Virus record (IMG/VR): IMGVR_UViG_3300014775_002125
Coordinates: 66,965 to 130,964 of that record
DNA length: 64,000 bases
Source of the DNA: a virus
Direction: 5' to 3' (one strand)
Below are positions 56,489 through 64,000 of this stretch, piece after piece. The notes under the pieces are model-generated. The model saw only the letters and a list, made by a program, of their open reading frames with translations. It was not told the origin of the DNA and made no database searches. The position numbers and the translations under genes are program-made. The first letter of the stretch is position 1. Each line of letters starts with the position of its first letter.

Positions 56489-57016
56489 ATGAACCTTTAT
56501 GTTGCCACTAAGTTAGCTTCAGATTGGGCTACAAATATCAATGCTACGAACTGGAAAACAGCTAGTAGTTGGGAGATGTCTTGTAGAGTTTTTAATAATT
56601 CGACGACCCAAGTTATCACTCACTATTTCTATGAACTAACTTCGGGTGGTACTAAGGCAGGAGATTTCGAGAAGTTCAGAGTGCTTTTGTGGCATTCTTT
56701 AGGGGAACATGGCTACACTAGTTGGATTTATATGGGACTGACAGTTCTTTTGTCCTTGTTTGTTCTCTTTGTTCTTTATAAATTCCTAAAGTTTACCTAC
56801 AAAAAACTAACAGAGAAGTCTAGGAAGGCTCGCGAAAATGAAAGATACGAAAGAAAACTGAGGGTAATTCATATCGCTGCTAGACACAAGACGCTCTCAA
56901 AGCAGTACAATAGGATGGTGGATGAGGGCCTTCAGGATACTAAGACTGCTGTTAAGTTGAAGGCAGAGATATTCGAAAACCTTAGAGAGATCGAGGAGTT
57001 ACGCAAAAATGATTGA
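56489..57016 (+). CDS. Membrane-anchored hypothetical protein
   Basis: AAGGAGG RBS; one TM helix followed by a basic coiled coil. Confidence 0.6.
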   Translation: MNLYVATKLASDWATNINATNWKTASSWEMSCRVFNNSTTQVITHYFYELTSGGTKAGDFEKFRVLLWHSLGEHGYTSWIYMGLTVLLSLFVLFVLYKFLKFTYKKLTEKSRKARENERYERKLRVIHIAARHKTLSKQYNRMVDEGLQDTKTAVKLKAEIFENLREIEELRKND

Positions 57017-57695
57017 GGTGATTGAGGAAGGAACTAAGAAAACATTTGTAGTTGACCACTTGGGAATTTGTGATAATAATACTGTAGAGGGCTTTCAGTT
57101 CTACAATATAGCGACTCGAAAGTTCTATCTGGCTAAATGGCATCTTGATAATAGAGTAAATGCAGGAAAACCCAAACACTTCCAGCAACATATGGTCATC
57201 AAGGCTAAGAATTACTTCAGGTTCGGGATTGCTGGAGGTGCTGGAGCGGTTTGGTTGAGAGCGAGTGATGAACAGGGGAATCATTATAAAGACTTTGAAG
57301 CATTGAAAGCCTTTGAACGTTCTGTGTTTAAGCCCTCAAAGAAAGATTTCACTGTCAAATACAAAAAACAGAAATGGCTAGTAAACTCTAATGGTTTCGT
57401 TCAGAATAGTGATGAGGTACTGTGGGTTGACCTGAGAGAACATTATGGGCAAATTAAAAAGTGGAGCAGATCTGTGAGGAACCCTGAGAAGTTGGTGATT
57501 AAATTAAAAAAACCACCTTCAGTTTTTTTCAGGAGTTCAAAGAATACTTATGGATTCATGGAAGAGCTTGATTTAACTAAAGATTTCGCTTATTGGACAA
57601 GGAGGACGACAGACTTTAGAGAGCCAAATGTCTTCATGAATCGTCAAGGTGTCATCAAGTTTGCTCAGAGAATCATGCAAGAAGACTACACATAA
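57009..57695 (+). CDS. Hypothetical protein
   Basis: GAGGAG RBS. Confidence 0.55.
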   Translation: MIEVIEEGTKKTFVVDHLGICDNNTVEGFQFYNIATRKFYLAKWHLDNRVNAGKPKHFQQHMVIKAKNYFRFGIAGGAGAVWLRASDEQGNHYKDFEALKAFERSVFKPSKKDFTVKYKKQKWLVNSNGFVQNSDEVLWVDLREHYGQIKKWSRSVRNPEKLVIKLKKPPSVFFRSSKNTYGFMEELDLTKDFAYWTRRTTDFREPNVFMNRQGVIKFAQRIMQEDYT

Positions 57696-57709
57696 GAACT
57701 GGAGGGGCT

Positions 57710-58267
57710 ATGAGAAAACAAGAGCTAGAAAATTGGGCAGAGAACGGCGGCGATCTTCCTGATAACCTCACTGAAGACGAGAAGAGCTACCTAAAGGGCT
57801 TGGGGTGGGAGGTCATAGAGCGTTACTCTGAGGGCTGGAAATGGGGTGAATTACACTTACTGAAAGGGAAACCACATGGAATTTCAACAGAGTGGTTCTG
57901 CAACGGACAGAAACATAGAGAGGATCACCTCCTTCATGGAGAACTTCATGGAAAGGCAACAGAATGGTTCAGAGACGGACAGAAGTATTGGGAATGTTTT
58001 TATCAACACGGACAACTTCATGGAGAATCAGTAGAGTGGTTCGAAAGCGGACAAAAACTTTTTGAAGATAACTACCACCACGGAAAACAACATGGGACTT
58101 ACAAGGCGTGGAGAAAAGATGGAACGCTAGAAGCACACAGAGAACACCACTACGGAAAGAGAAATGGGGTTTGGAAGTGGTGGAATGAAGACGGAACATT
58201 AACAGTACACAAGGAATACGCCTACGGAATTCTCTTGAAGGACTATTTGAAGGAGGACAAACCATGA
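57710..58267 (+). CDS. MORN-variant / YwqK-like repeat protein (paralog 2)
   Basis: Conserved caps plus ~5 repeats. Confidence 0.85.
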   Translation: MRKQELENWAENGGDLPDNLTEDEKSYLKGLGWEVIERYSEGWKWGELHLLKGKPHGISTEWFCNGQKHREDHLLHGELHGKATEWFRDGQKYWECFYQHGQLHGESVEWFESGQKLFEDNYHHGKQHGTYKAWRKDGTLEAHREHHYGKRNGVWKWWNEDGTLTVHKEYAYGILLKDYLKEDKP

Positions 58268-58818
58268 GAAAAGAGCAACTCGACAACTGGGTAGAGAACG
58301 GCGGCGACCTCCCTGAAAACCTTACTGTAGACGAGAAGAGTTATCTGGAAAACTTAGGGTGGGAATGTCATGAGGGGTGGTATGAAAACGGACAACAAAA
58401 GTGCTATGAATGTAACTACCTCCACCGAAAGAAACATGGAGTCCGGAAGGAGTGGTTTAGCAACGGACAGAAAGAGTTTGAAGGTTACTACCTCCACGGG
58501 GAATTCCACGGAAAACGGGAAAGGTGGTATAGCAACGGACAGAAGAGCTTTGAACGGCACTACCTCCACGGGGAACAACACGGAAAGTTTGCAGAGTGGT
58601 GGGATGATGGACAGAGGGAGTATGAATATCACTACCACCACGGAAAACCACATGGGAAACGTGCGGAATGGTATAGAAACGGACAGAAGAGGTATGAATA
58701 TGACTACCATCACGAAAAACAACATGGGGTTTGCAAGAGGTGGTATGAAGACGGTGAAACATTAAAAGAACACAAAGAATACGCCTACGGAATTCTCTTG
58801 AAGGATTTCTTGAAATAA
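58264..58818 (+). CDS. MORN-variant / YwqK-like repeat protein (paralog 3)
   Basis: Conserved caps plus ~5 repeats. Confidence 0.85.
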   Translation: MRKEQLDNWVENGGDLPENLTVDEKSYLENLGWECHEGWYENGQQKCYECNYLHRKKHGVRKEWFSNGQKEFEGYYLHGEFHGKRERWYSNGQKSFERHYLHGEQHGKFAEWWDDGQREYEYHYHHGKPHGKRAEWYRNGQKRYEYDYHHEKQHGVCKRWYEDGETLKEHKEYAYGILLKDFLK

Positions 58819-58821
58819 CCC

Positions 58822-58850
58822 CTTGACATTCAGAAAAGCTATGGTATAGT
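58822..58850 (+). promoter_or_regulatory. sigma70 promoter, identical 29-bp copy at 60201-60229
   Basis: CTTGACATTCAGAAAAGCTATGGTATAGT. Confidence 0.8.
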
Positions 58851-58895
58851 GGGTTTTGTCAGGGCAATGAGGCCACACACAAACTGGAGGACACT

Positions 58896-59783
58896 ATGAA
58901 CATCGGTTACCCCTGTATCTGCCTCACACTGGGCAAGAAGATCACCACTAATCGTACAATGCGTAAAACTACATTCGAACAAAAAGGAATCGCTTATGCC
59001 TCTGAGTTGGCTCTCAAGAACTGCCAAGACCTATTGAAGATCCTTGAGTGGAACGAAGAGCATGGCATCAAACTCTTCAGGGTGTCTTCAGAGATCTTTC
59101 CGTGGGCATCTGAGTATAACCTCAAAGACCTTCCAGATTACGAGGAGATCTGCGAGGCTCTCACAAAGGCTGGCAACTTCGCAAAGGCCCACAACCACAG
59201 GCTTACAAGTCATCCGGGGCCATTCAACAAACTGTGCAGCCCTAAAGAGAATGTCATCAAGAACACCATCAGAGACTTGGAGATTCACGGAGAACTGTTT
59301 GATTTGATGGGCCTTAGTCGTACACCATACAACTCTTTCTGCCTACACGTTGGGGCTGCTTATAACGACAAAGAGGCTACACTAAAGCGATTCTGTGAGA
59401 ACTTTGAGTTGCTGCCGGAGTCTGTGAAGACAAGGCTCGCAGTGGAAAACGATGACAAAAGCTCCCTGTACTCAACCAAAGAGCTTTACGAGGGTGTGCA
59501 TAAAGTCATCGGCGTTCCAGTAATTCATGACTTTTACCATCACACTTTCAACACTGGCAGTCTCTCACAGGAAGAAGCCCTTAGTCTTGCTGCTAGTACT
59601 TGGGGCGACATCACACCTGTTACGCACCATTCAGAGAGCCGTGCAGTAGAGCAGAACGACCCTAAGATCAAGGCCACCGCTCACTCAGACTACATCACAT
59701 ATCTCCCAGAAACTTACGGGATTGACGTAGACATCGTAGTAGAATCCAAGAAAAAAGACCTTGCGATCCTACCTTTTATTTAG
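58896..59783 (+). CDS. uvsE: UV-damage endonuclease
   Basis: IGYPC, RTMR, FRVSS..FPW, SHPGPF, LAVENDD, HHS, HSD, VESKKKD. Confidence 0.92.
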   Translation: MNIGYPCICLTLGKKITTNRTMRKTTFEQKGIAYASELALKNCQDLLKILEWNEEHGIKLFRVSSEIFPWASEYNLKDLPDYEEICEALTKAGNFAKAHNHRLTSHPGPFNKLCSPKENVIKNTIRDLEIHGELFDLMGLSRTPYNSFCLHVGAAYNDKEATLKRFCENFELLPESVKTRLAVENDDKSSLYSTKELYEGVHKVIGVPVIHDFYHHTFNTGSLSQEEALSLAASTWGDITPVTHHSESRAVEQNDPKIKATAHSDYITYLPETYGIDVDIVVESKKKDLAILPFI

Positions 59784-59791
59784 GACAAACC

Positions 59792-60205
59792 ATGAGAAAA
59801 CAAGAGCTTGACAACTGGATTAAGAACGGCGGCGACCTTCCCCAGAACCTTACTGAAGACGAGAAGAGCTATCTGAAAGGCTTGGGGTGGGAGGTCAATG
59901 AGGCTTCGTATGCTAATGGACAGAAGCATTGGGATTATAACTGCCTCCACGGAAAGTTGCATGGGAAATATAAATGTTGGCATTCTAATGGACAGAAGGG
60001 TAGGGTTACTCACCATCTGAACGGAAAAAGACACGGAAAGTATGAATGGTGGCATAAAAACGGACAGAAACGTTATGAAAAGTGTTACCACCACGGAAAA
60101 AAGCATGGGGTTTGGAAGAGTTGGGACGACGACGGAACACTATATAGACACGAAGAATACGCCTACGGGGTTTTCTTGAAGGGTTTCTTGAAGCGAACCT
60201 CTTGA
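59792..60205 (+). CDS. MORN-variant / YwqK-like repeat protein (paralog 4)
   Basis: Conserved caps plus 3 repeats. Confidence 0.85.
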   Translation: MRKQELDNWIKNGGDLPQNLTEDEKSYLKGLGWEVNEASYANGQKHWDYNCLHGKLHGKYKCWHSNGQKGRVTHHLNGKRHGKYEWWHKNGQKRYEKCYHHGKKHGVWKSWDDDGTLYRHEEYAYGVFLKGFLKRTS

Positions 60206-60229
60206 CATTCAGAAAAGCTATGGTATAGT
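60201..60229 (+). promoter_or_regulatory. sigma70 promoter overlapping the paralog 4 stop codon
   Basis: Identical to 58822-58850. Confidence 0.8.
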
Positions 60230-60252
60230 AAGGGAAACAAGGAGGGGAAACT

Positions 60253-60669
60253 ATGAGAAAACAAGAGCTTGATAGATGGTTGAAGGATGGCGGCGATCTC
60301 CCTGAGAACCTTACTGAAGACGAAGAAAGTTATCTGGAAGAAAACGGGTGGCTATGTAACAGAACCTACTACGAAAATGACTTCTTAGTGAGAGAGGAAC
60401 ATTATCTAGACGGCAGATTTCATGGAGAACAGCGTTGGTTTTGCGAATCGGAACCAGAAAAAGTAATCGTGAAAAGTTATAGGCACGGAGAGAAGCATGG
60501 GGTTTGGGAGTATTACGGGAGACTTAATCCGTCAGAGGAACTAAGGGGCTACCACCACGGAAAACCACATGGAGTCTGGAAATCGATCAATGATTATGGG
60601 GTGCTAGTTTTACACAAAGAGTACGCCTACGGGATTCTCTTGAAGGATCATTTGAAGGAGGAGTTTTGA
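60253..60669 (+). CDS. MORN-variant / YwqK-like repeat protein (paralog 5)
   Basis: Conserved caps; diverged repeats. Confidence 0.8.
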   Translation: MRKQELDRWLKDGGDLPENLTEDEESYLEENGWLCNRTYYENDFLVREEHYLDGRFHGEQRWFCESEPEKVIVKSYRHGEKHGVWEYYGRLNPSEELRGYHHGKPHGVWKSINDYGVLVLHKEYAYGILLKDHLKEEF

Positions 60670-61010
60670 TGAGAAAAGAACGACTTGATAACTGGCTCAA
60701 AGAGGGCGGCAAACTTCCGATGGAACTAACAAATGAAGAGACTTTCTATCTGAATTCTCACGGCGCGTTTGATCGTTCTCGGAAATCAACAACGGGTGGA
60801 TATATAATAGGTTGGGAATTGAACGGGAGAAAACATGGTACTTTCCTTACGGATATGACAGTAGAAGGTGTTTCCTATCGGAGTGTTGTGAATTACCACA
60901 AAGGCAAGCCACACGGGGAGATGAAGAGTTGGCATCATAGAGTGTTAGTTGATCATAAAAAGTATGCCTACGGAGTTCTCTTGAAGGATTTTCTCAAAAA
61001 AACCTCTTGA
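60669..61010 (+). CDS. MORN-variant / YwqK-like repeat protein (paralog 6, most diverged)
   Basis: MRKERLDNWLKEGG..HKKYAYGVLLKDFLK. Confidence 0.75.
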   Translation: MRKERLDNWLKEGGKLPMELTNEETFYLNSHGAFDRSRKSTTGGYIIGWELNGRKHGTFLTDMTVEGVSYRSVVNYHKGKPHGEMKSWHHRVLVDHKKYAYGVLLKDFLKKTS

Positions 61011-61078
61011 CATTTAAAAAAATTAGTGTATAAAGATTATCAAGACGGCAAAGAAGCCACAAACAAGGAGAGTATATC

Positions 61079-61351
61079 ATGAAGGTTGGTGACAAGGTTT
61101 GCAAAGTATTTTTTCATAGTTTCTTGATGTTCGGTACGGTTTCTCGAAAGTATATTCAAGCTGGTGACTGTGAACGAAATGATTGGCTATATCTGGAAGT
61201 AGACTGGGAGGTGACACAAAAAATGAAGGTTATGTTTGAAGGTGATGAAGAGAGGTTGAAGGTTTTCCTGAACAGACCTGTGAGAGTCGATCAGGTAATC
61301 CCCTTGTCTACCAGTGAACAACAAAAACTGTCAGATTTTCTAGCAACTTAA
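61079..61351 (+). CDS. Small SH3-like protein (paralog of 28345..28632)
   Basis: MKVGDKV..FGTV..LEVDW; AAGGAG RBS; promoter at 61007-61034. Confidence 0.6.
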   Translation: MKVGDKVCKVFFHSFLMFGTVSRKYIQAGDCERNDWLYLEVDWEVTQKMKVMFEGDEERLKVFLNRPVRVDQVIPLSTSEQQKLSDFLAT

Positions 61352-61430
61352 AAAACTCTGGCGGTTTATTAATCGGAGTTCATAGTTCTGTTAGGGGCGT
61401 TAAGCTCCACACAGACGGAGTATAATAACA

Positions 61431-61640
61431 ATGGAAATCATAAACCTAAATAGCAGACTAAACGAGCGAGAAGTTAAACAAGAAGATGAGCGGTTGTTAG
61501 GTAAGTTGAGAAGGTTGCAAGAAATAGAACAAGTGCTAGTAGAAGTTTCAAAGAAAACCGAGTGCGCTGAGACCCTTGCAAGGATACGTTCAGCTTCTCG
61601 TAACATTTTAGTTCTCGCAAAGGAGGCTGTGAATGACTAA
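61431..61640 (+). CDS. Small hypothetical protein
   Basis: Helical ORF with GGAG upstream. Confidence 0.5.
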   Translation: MEIINLNSRLNEREVKQEDERLLGKLRRLQEIEQVLVEVSKKTECAETLARIRSASRNILVLAKEAVND

Positions 61641-61878
61641 AAAGAAACACTCAAGACGTTCAGCAGACTTGACAAAACTCAAAGATGTGTGTATTATCCC
61701 AGAGATGCACGAAGGGATTGATGGCACTGATCTAGTCACTAAGGTCGCTGAACTCAAGAAGATGGCTCGTGATGAATACAACTTATTGTGCAAGACCACC
61801 ACTGTCGAAGTAGATCTTCCCGGTGGCCACAAACAGAAGCTAACTATCATCGCAGCTTACTCACCAAAAACTAAGTAA
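61633..61878 (+). CDS. Small hypothetical protein
   Basis: AAGGAGG RBS. Confidence 0.55.
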   Translation: MTKKKHSRRSADLTKLKDVCIIPEMHEGIDGTDLVTKVAELKKMARDEYNLLCKTTTVEVDLPGGHKQKLTIIAAYSPKTK

Positions 61879-61915
61879 AAACTAAAAATCATTTACAATT
61901 CAGGAGGCTATCTAT

Positions 61916-62188
61916 ATGAAATGGGATGCGTTCGCGGCAGGTGTTTGTGCTGCTCTTATTGTTATTTTTAGACTTGACTGGGCTGCTTATTATGTTATGC
62001 TTGGTATCGCTTATGGCATTGCTTCGGACGATGAGAGCTTTGGCCTTACAGCAACGGCGAACTTCATCATGAACCTTTTATGGCCTGTGAGTCTCGTAAT
62101 GACTATTTATTTTTCTGTCAGGGCTTGGCTCGGCTTTGAGTTCGAGCCAGAGGACACTGAAGAACCCAAGGAGCCTGACGATAAATGA
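61916..62188 (+). CDS. Small membrane protein
   Basis: AGGAGG RBS; hydrophobic helices; LLWPV motif. Confidence 0.6.
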   Translation: MKWDAFAAGVCAALIVIFRLDWAAYYVMLGIAYGIASDDESFGLTATANFIMNLLWPVSLVMTIYFSVRAWLGFEFEPEDTEEPKEPDDK

Positions 62189-62517
62189 TGTTGCTCAAGA
62201 TTTTGGGGCTGTTCTTTCTGGGACATACTGTGAATTGGATGCAAGTGTGTGCGCCCAAATTGCCAGTACTCAAGGATCACTTCTGGCTTACTCTGGTTTC
62301 TCTCTCAATCCTTTGTGGCCTTTTGTTTGTCAAAGGATTTACTCTAGGACTCGATGACTACGGCAGTTTTCAGCTTCGTATTGTATCTTTTGTAGCTGGA
62401 ACTGTAGTCTATCCTGTCCTTGGGTCTCTCTTTCTCAACGAACCTCTCATGACTCTCAAAAACTTTATCAGCATTGTACTTTGTAGTTTTATTATTGCAG
62501 TTCAAATTAAGCTCTAA
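62185..62517 (+). CDS. 4-TM DMT/SMR-like membrane protein
   Basis: 110 aa with four hydrophobic segments; LFLNEPL..K..ISIVL. Confidence 0.5.
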   Translation: MMLLKILGLFFLGHTVNWMQVCAPKLPVLKDHFWLTLVSLSILCGLLFVKGFTLGLDDYGSFQLRIVSFVAGTVVYPVLGSLFLNEPLMTLKNFISIVLCSFIIAVQIKL

Positions 62518-62534
62518 AAACAAGGAGTTACATC

Positions 62535-62786
62535 ATGTCGGTATTCAAAGTCACTTCTATTCGCAAGCCTTTCAAAACTGGAACTAGCCCCTTCGTTCGT
62601 AAGACCTTCGGTAGTGAAGAGTTCTTGAGTCGTGAGGGTAGGTTGTTCAAAAAGATCAAAGTTGTCAGGTCAGATAGGTACAATGGCAGCACAGAAATCA
62701 CCTTGAAGTCATTGAAAACAAACCACATTTACAACGTCTCGATGAACTGCCTACTCAGTACAGTAGACATCGAAGAAAAAAAATAA
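62535..62786 (+). CDS. Small basic hypothetical protein
   Basis: AAGGAG RBS. Confidence 0.55.
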   Translation: MSVFKVTSIRKPFKTGTSPFVRKTFGSEEFLSREGRLFKKIKVVRSDRYNGSTEITLKSLKTNHIYNVSMNCLLSTVDIEEKK

Positions 62787-62888
62787 AATATAATCACTTG
62801 ACAAAACAGTAACTCTCTGCTATAACCTAAGAGTAGGCGAGAGTTACTGTTCTTGTCTTTCACCCTTTTACTAACCTTGGAGGTTGTC

Positions 62889-62969
62889 ATGGAACGAGAA
62901 AAGATGTGTGCTGTCGTTATTTATGGTTACTGTTTCCTCATCGCTTTCTTCTTCGCGTATTTTATCTAG
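62889..62969 (+). CDS. 26-aa hydrophobic peptide not in the ORF track
   Basis: GGAGG RBS; MEREKMCAVVIYGYCFLIAFFFAYFI*. Confidence 0.5.
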   Translation: MEREKMCAVVIYGYCFLIAFFFAYFI

Positions 62970-62978
62970 GAGTCTATT

Positions 62979-63179
62979 GTGAATCCTGTCATCATCACCC
63001 TGTCCATCGTCTTGTTTTTAGCTTACACTTTCGTCTGTTCGGAAGTTTATAGGCGACACAAAGGCACAAGCGACACAGTGCTACAGTCTTTCATCGCGTT
63101 CACGGCAATATTCAGCCTTTTACTTGGTGCTGGGGTGGGTCTCTGTAGGTTGTTCTTCTTTATCCTTTCATTGTTTTAG
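62979..63179 (+). CDS. Small two-TM membrane protein
   Basis: AGGAG RBS; GTG start. Confidence 0.55.
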   Translation: MNPVIITLSIVLFLAYTFVCSEVYRRHKGTSDTVLQSFIAFTAIFSLLLGAGVGLCRLFFFILSLF

Positions 63180-63190
63180 GAGGTTCGAAT

Positions 63191-64000
63191 ATGTTTGTCA
63201 TTGACGCTCCAATCAATCCATTTCAGCCGAGTTTTCTGTATATGTATCCGTCTTTTTTGTTTTATTCTAAGGACGCAGACAAAGACCATCAGACAATCAA
63301 GGAAACATTGGATGAAATTGAAAATGGACTAGAAGTAAGAAATGTACCAGACAATGTATTTGAAGAGTTTGAAAGTTCCTACAAGGATGGACTGACAGAG
63401 TTCAATAGAAAGCAAAGAGAAAAATATGGGTTCGACGGGGCGTTCTGTAAGATGTACTCTGCACCTAAACTTAGAGAAAAATGCTTCAAGAACTTGGTGC
63501 AACTCATGTTCAACACAATGGAGAGAGATAAAGGACAATTTTTTGTTCCCAAAAAGGTGGTGTCTGACCTTGTAAATCAATTTGTCAAGCCTAAAGTCAG
63601 GTCTTTAATGAGTCAAGGAGAGTTTTATAGAGCCTTTTTGTTGATGAGGGCGTTCTTTTTTAAGAGTAGTGTGTTGTCGCCTCTTATGGAGGGTTACGAG
63701 TATTTGTTGGGAGGTGAACACAAGTTCAAAAAAGGTCAGAAAGTAGCCTTTAGAAAGAACTTGACAGGAATACGAACTGGTGTTAATCTTTTCAATACAA
63801 TCACTCTGGTTACTGATTCAGAAAAAAAGATCATTGAGTGTGATGTATCTGAGAAAAGTTCAGCAATCATACTCGAAGAAAATCCAGTGATTCCAGATGA
63901 GTACTGTGAGGGTTGCAAGGTTTACAAAGTACTTGTTGACGTTATCCCTCATCCAGTGTATATCAGAGAGAAAGCACTCAAGTTTGACAGGAGGAAGTGA
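63191..64000 (+). CDS. Hypothetical protein
   Basis: AGGAGG RBS; ends with TGA at the window edge. Confidence 0.6.
   Translation: MFVIDAPINPFQPSFLYMYPSFLFYSKDADKDHQTIKETLDEIENGLEVRNVPDNVFEEFESSYKDGLTEFNRKQREKYGFDGAFCKMYSAPKLREKCFKNLVQLMFNTMERDKGQFFVPKKVVSDLVNQFVKPKVRSLMSQGEFYRAFLLMRAFFFKSSVLSPLMEGYEYLLGGEHKFKKGQKVAFRKNLTGIRTGVNLFNTITLVTDSEKKIIECDVSEKSSAIILEENPVIPDEYCEGCKVYKVLVDVIPHPVYIREKALKFDRRK

Noticed and set aside
57710-61010. Diversity-generating retroelement acting on the MORN genes
   Set aside because: No reverse transcriptase or non-coding template repeat in the window; differences are not confined to adenines and A-rich framework codons are conserved. An RT outside the window cannot be excluded.
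1-64000. Minus-strand and nested ORFs in the six-frame track
   Set aside because: They are shadows of well-supported + strand genes, with no evident RBS or recognisable motifs.
1-64000. tRNA, tmRNA or rRNA genes
   Set aside because: No cloverleaf or T-loop pattern seen in the intergenic gaps by eye; tRNAscan/ARAGORN would be needed to exclude them fully.
1-64000. Stop-codon reassignment
   Set aside because: Core genes are full length under code 11, and TAA, TAG and TGA all end genes at sensible positions.
1-64000. Prophage or bacterial chromosome origin (given groEL, clpP, purA, guaB, dnaE)
   Set aside because: These genes are diverged, interleaved with phage ORFs on one strand under the same promoter style, and no integrase or host operon context is present.

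Overview
This window is 64 kb of a large lytic myovirus genome with T4-superfamily head and tail architecture. Essentially all genes are on the + strand and use the standard genetic code. Bases ~700-24500 hold the virion module: terminase, portal, prohead protease, scaffold, major capsid, neck, sheath, tube, tail chaperone pair, tape measure and baseplate. A 460-bp ORF-free gap follows. The rest is a replication, metabolism and accessory region: minimal PolA-like protein, SSB, 5'-3' exonuclease, DnaB-like helicase, DnaE, class II RNR, PurA, ThyX, deaminase, PyrF, GuaB-like, Hsp20, ClpP, GroEL, UvsE, HNH and many small ORFs behind sigma70-type promoters. The most notable signals are: (1) six MORN/YwqK-like repeat genes with near-invariant caps and hypervariable repeat positions, built as duplicable gene+promoter cassettes, two of which bracket uvsE; (2) a 33-bp G-U-containing hairpin displaying anti-Shine-Dalgarno loops after the SSB gene; (3) a recurring hexaloop leader hairpin after six early promoters; (4) a probable +1/-2 frameshift in the tail chaperone; (5) a perfect minus-strand promoter firing into the ORF-free gap; (6) an orphan MbcA/ParS-type antitoxin domain; (7) a GNAT gene bracketed by exact 43-bp repeats. 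All protein assignments come from motif recognition and synteny by eye; no database search was run.
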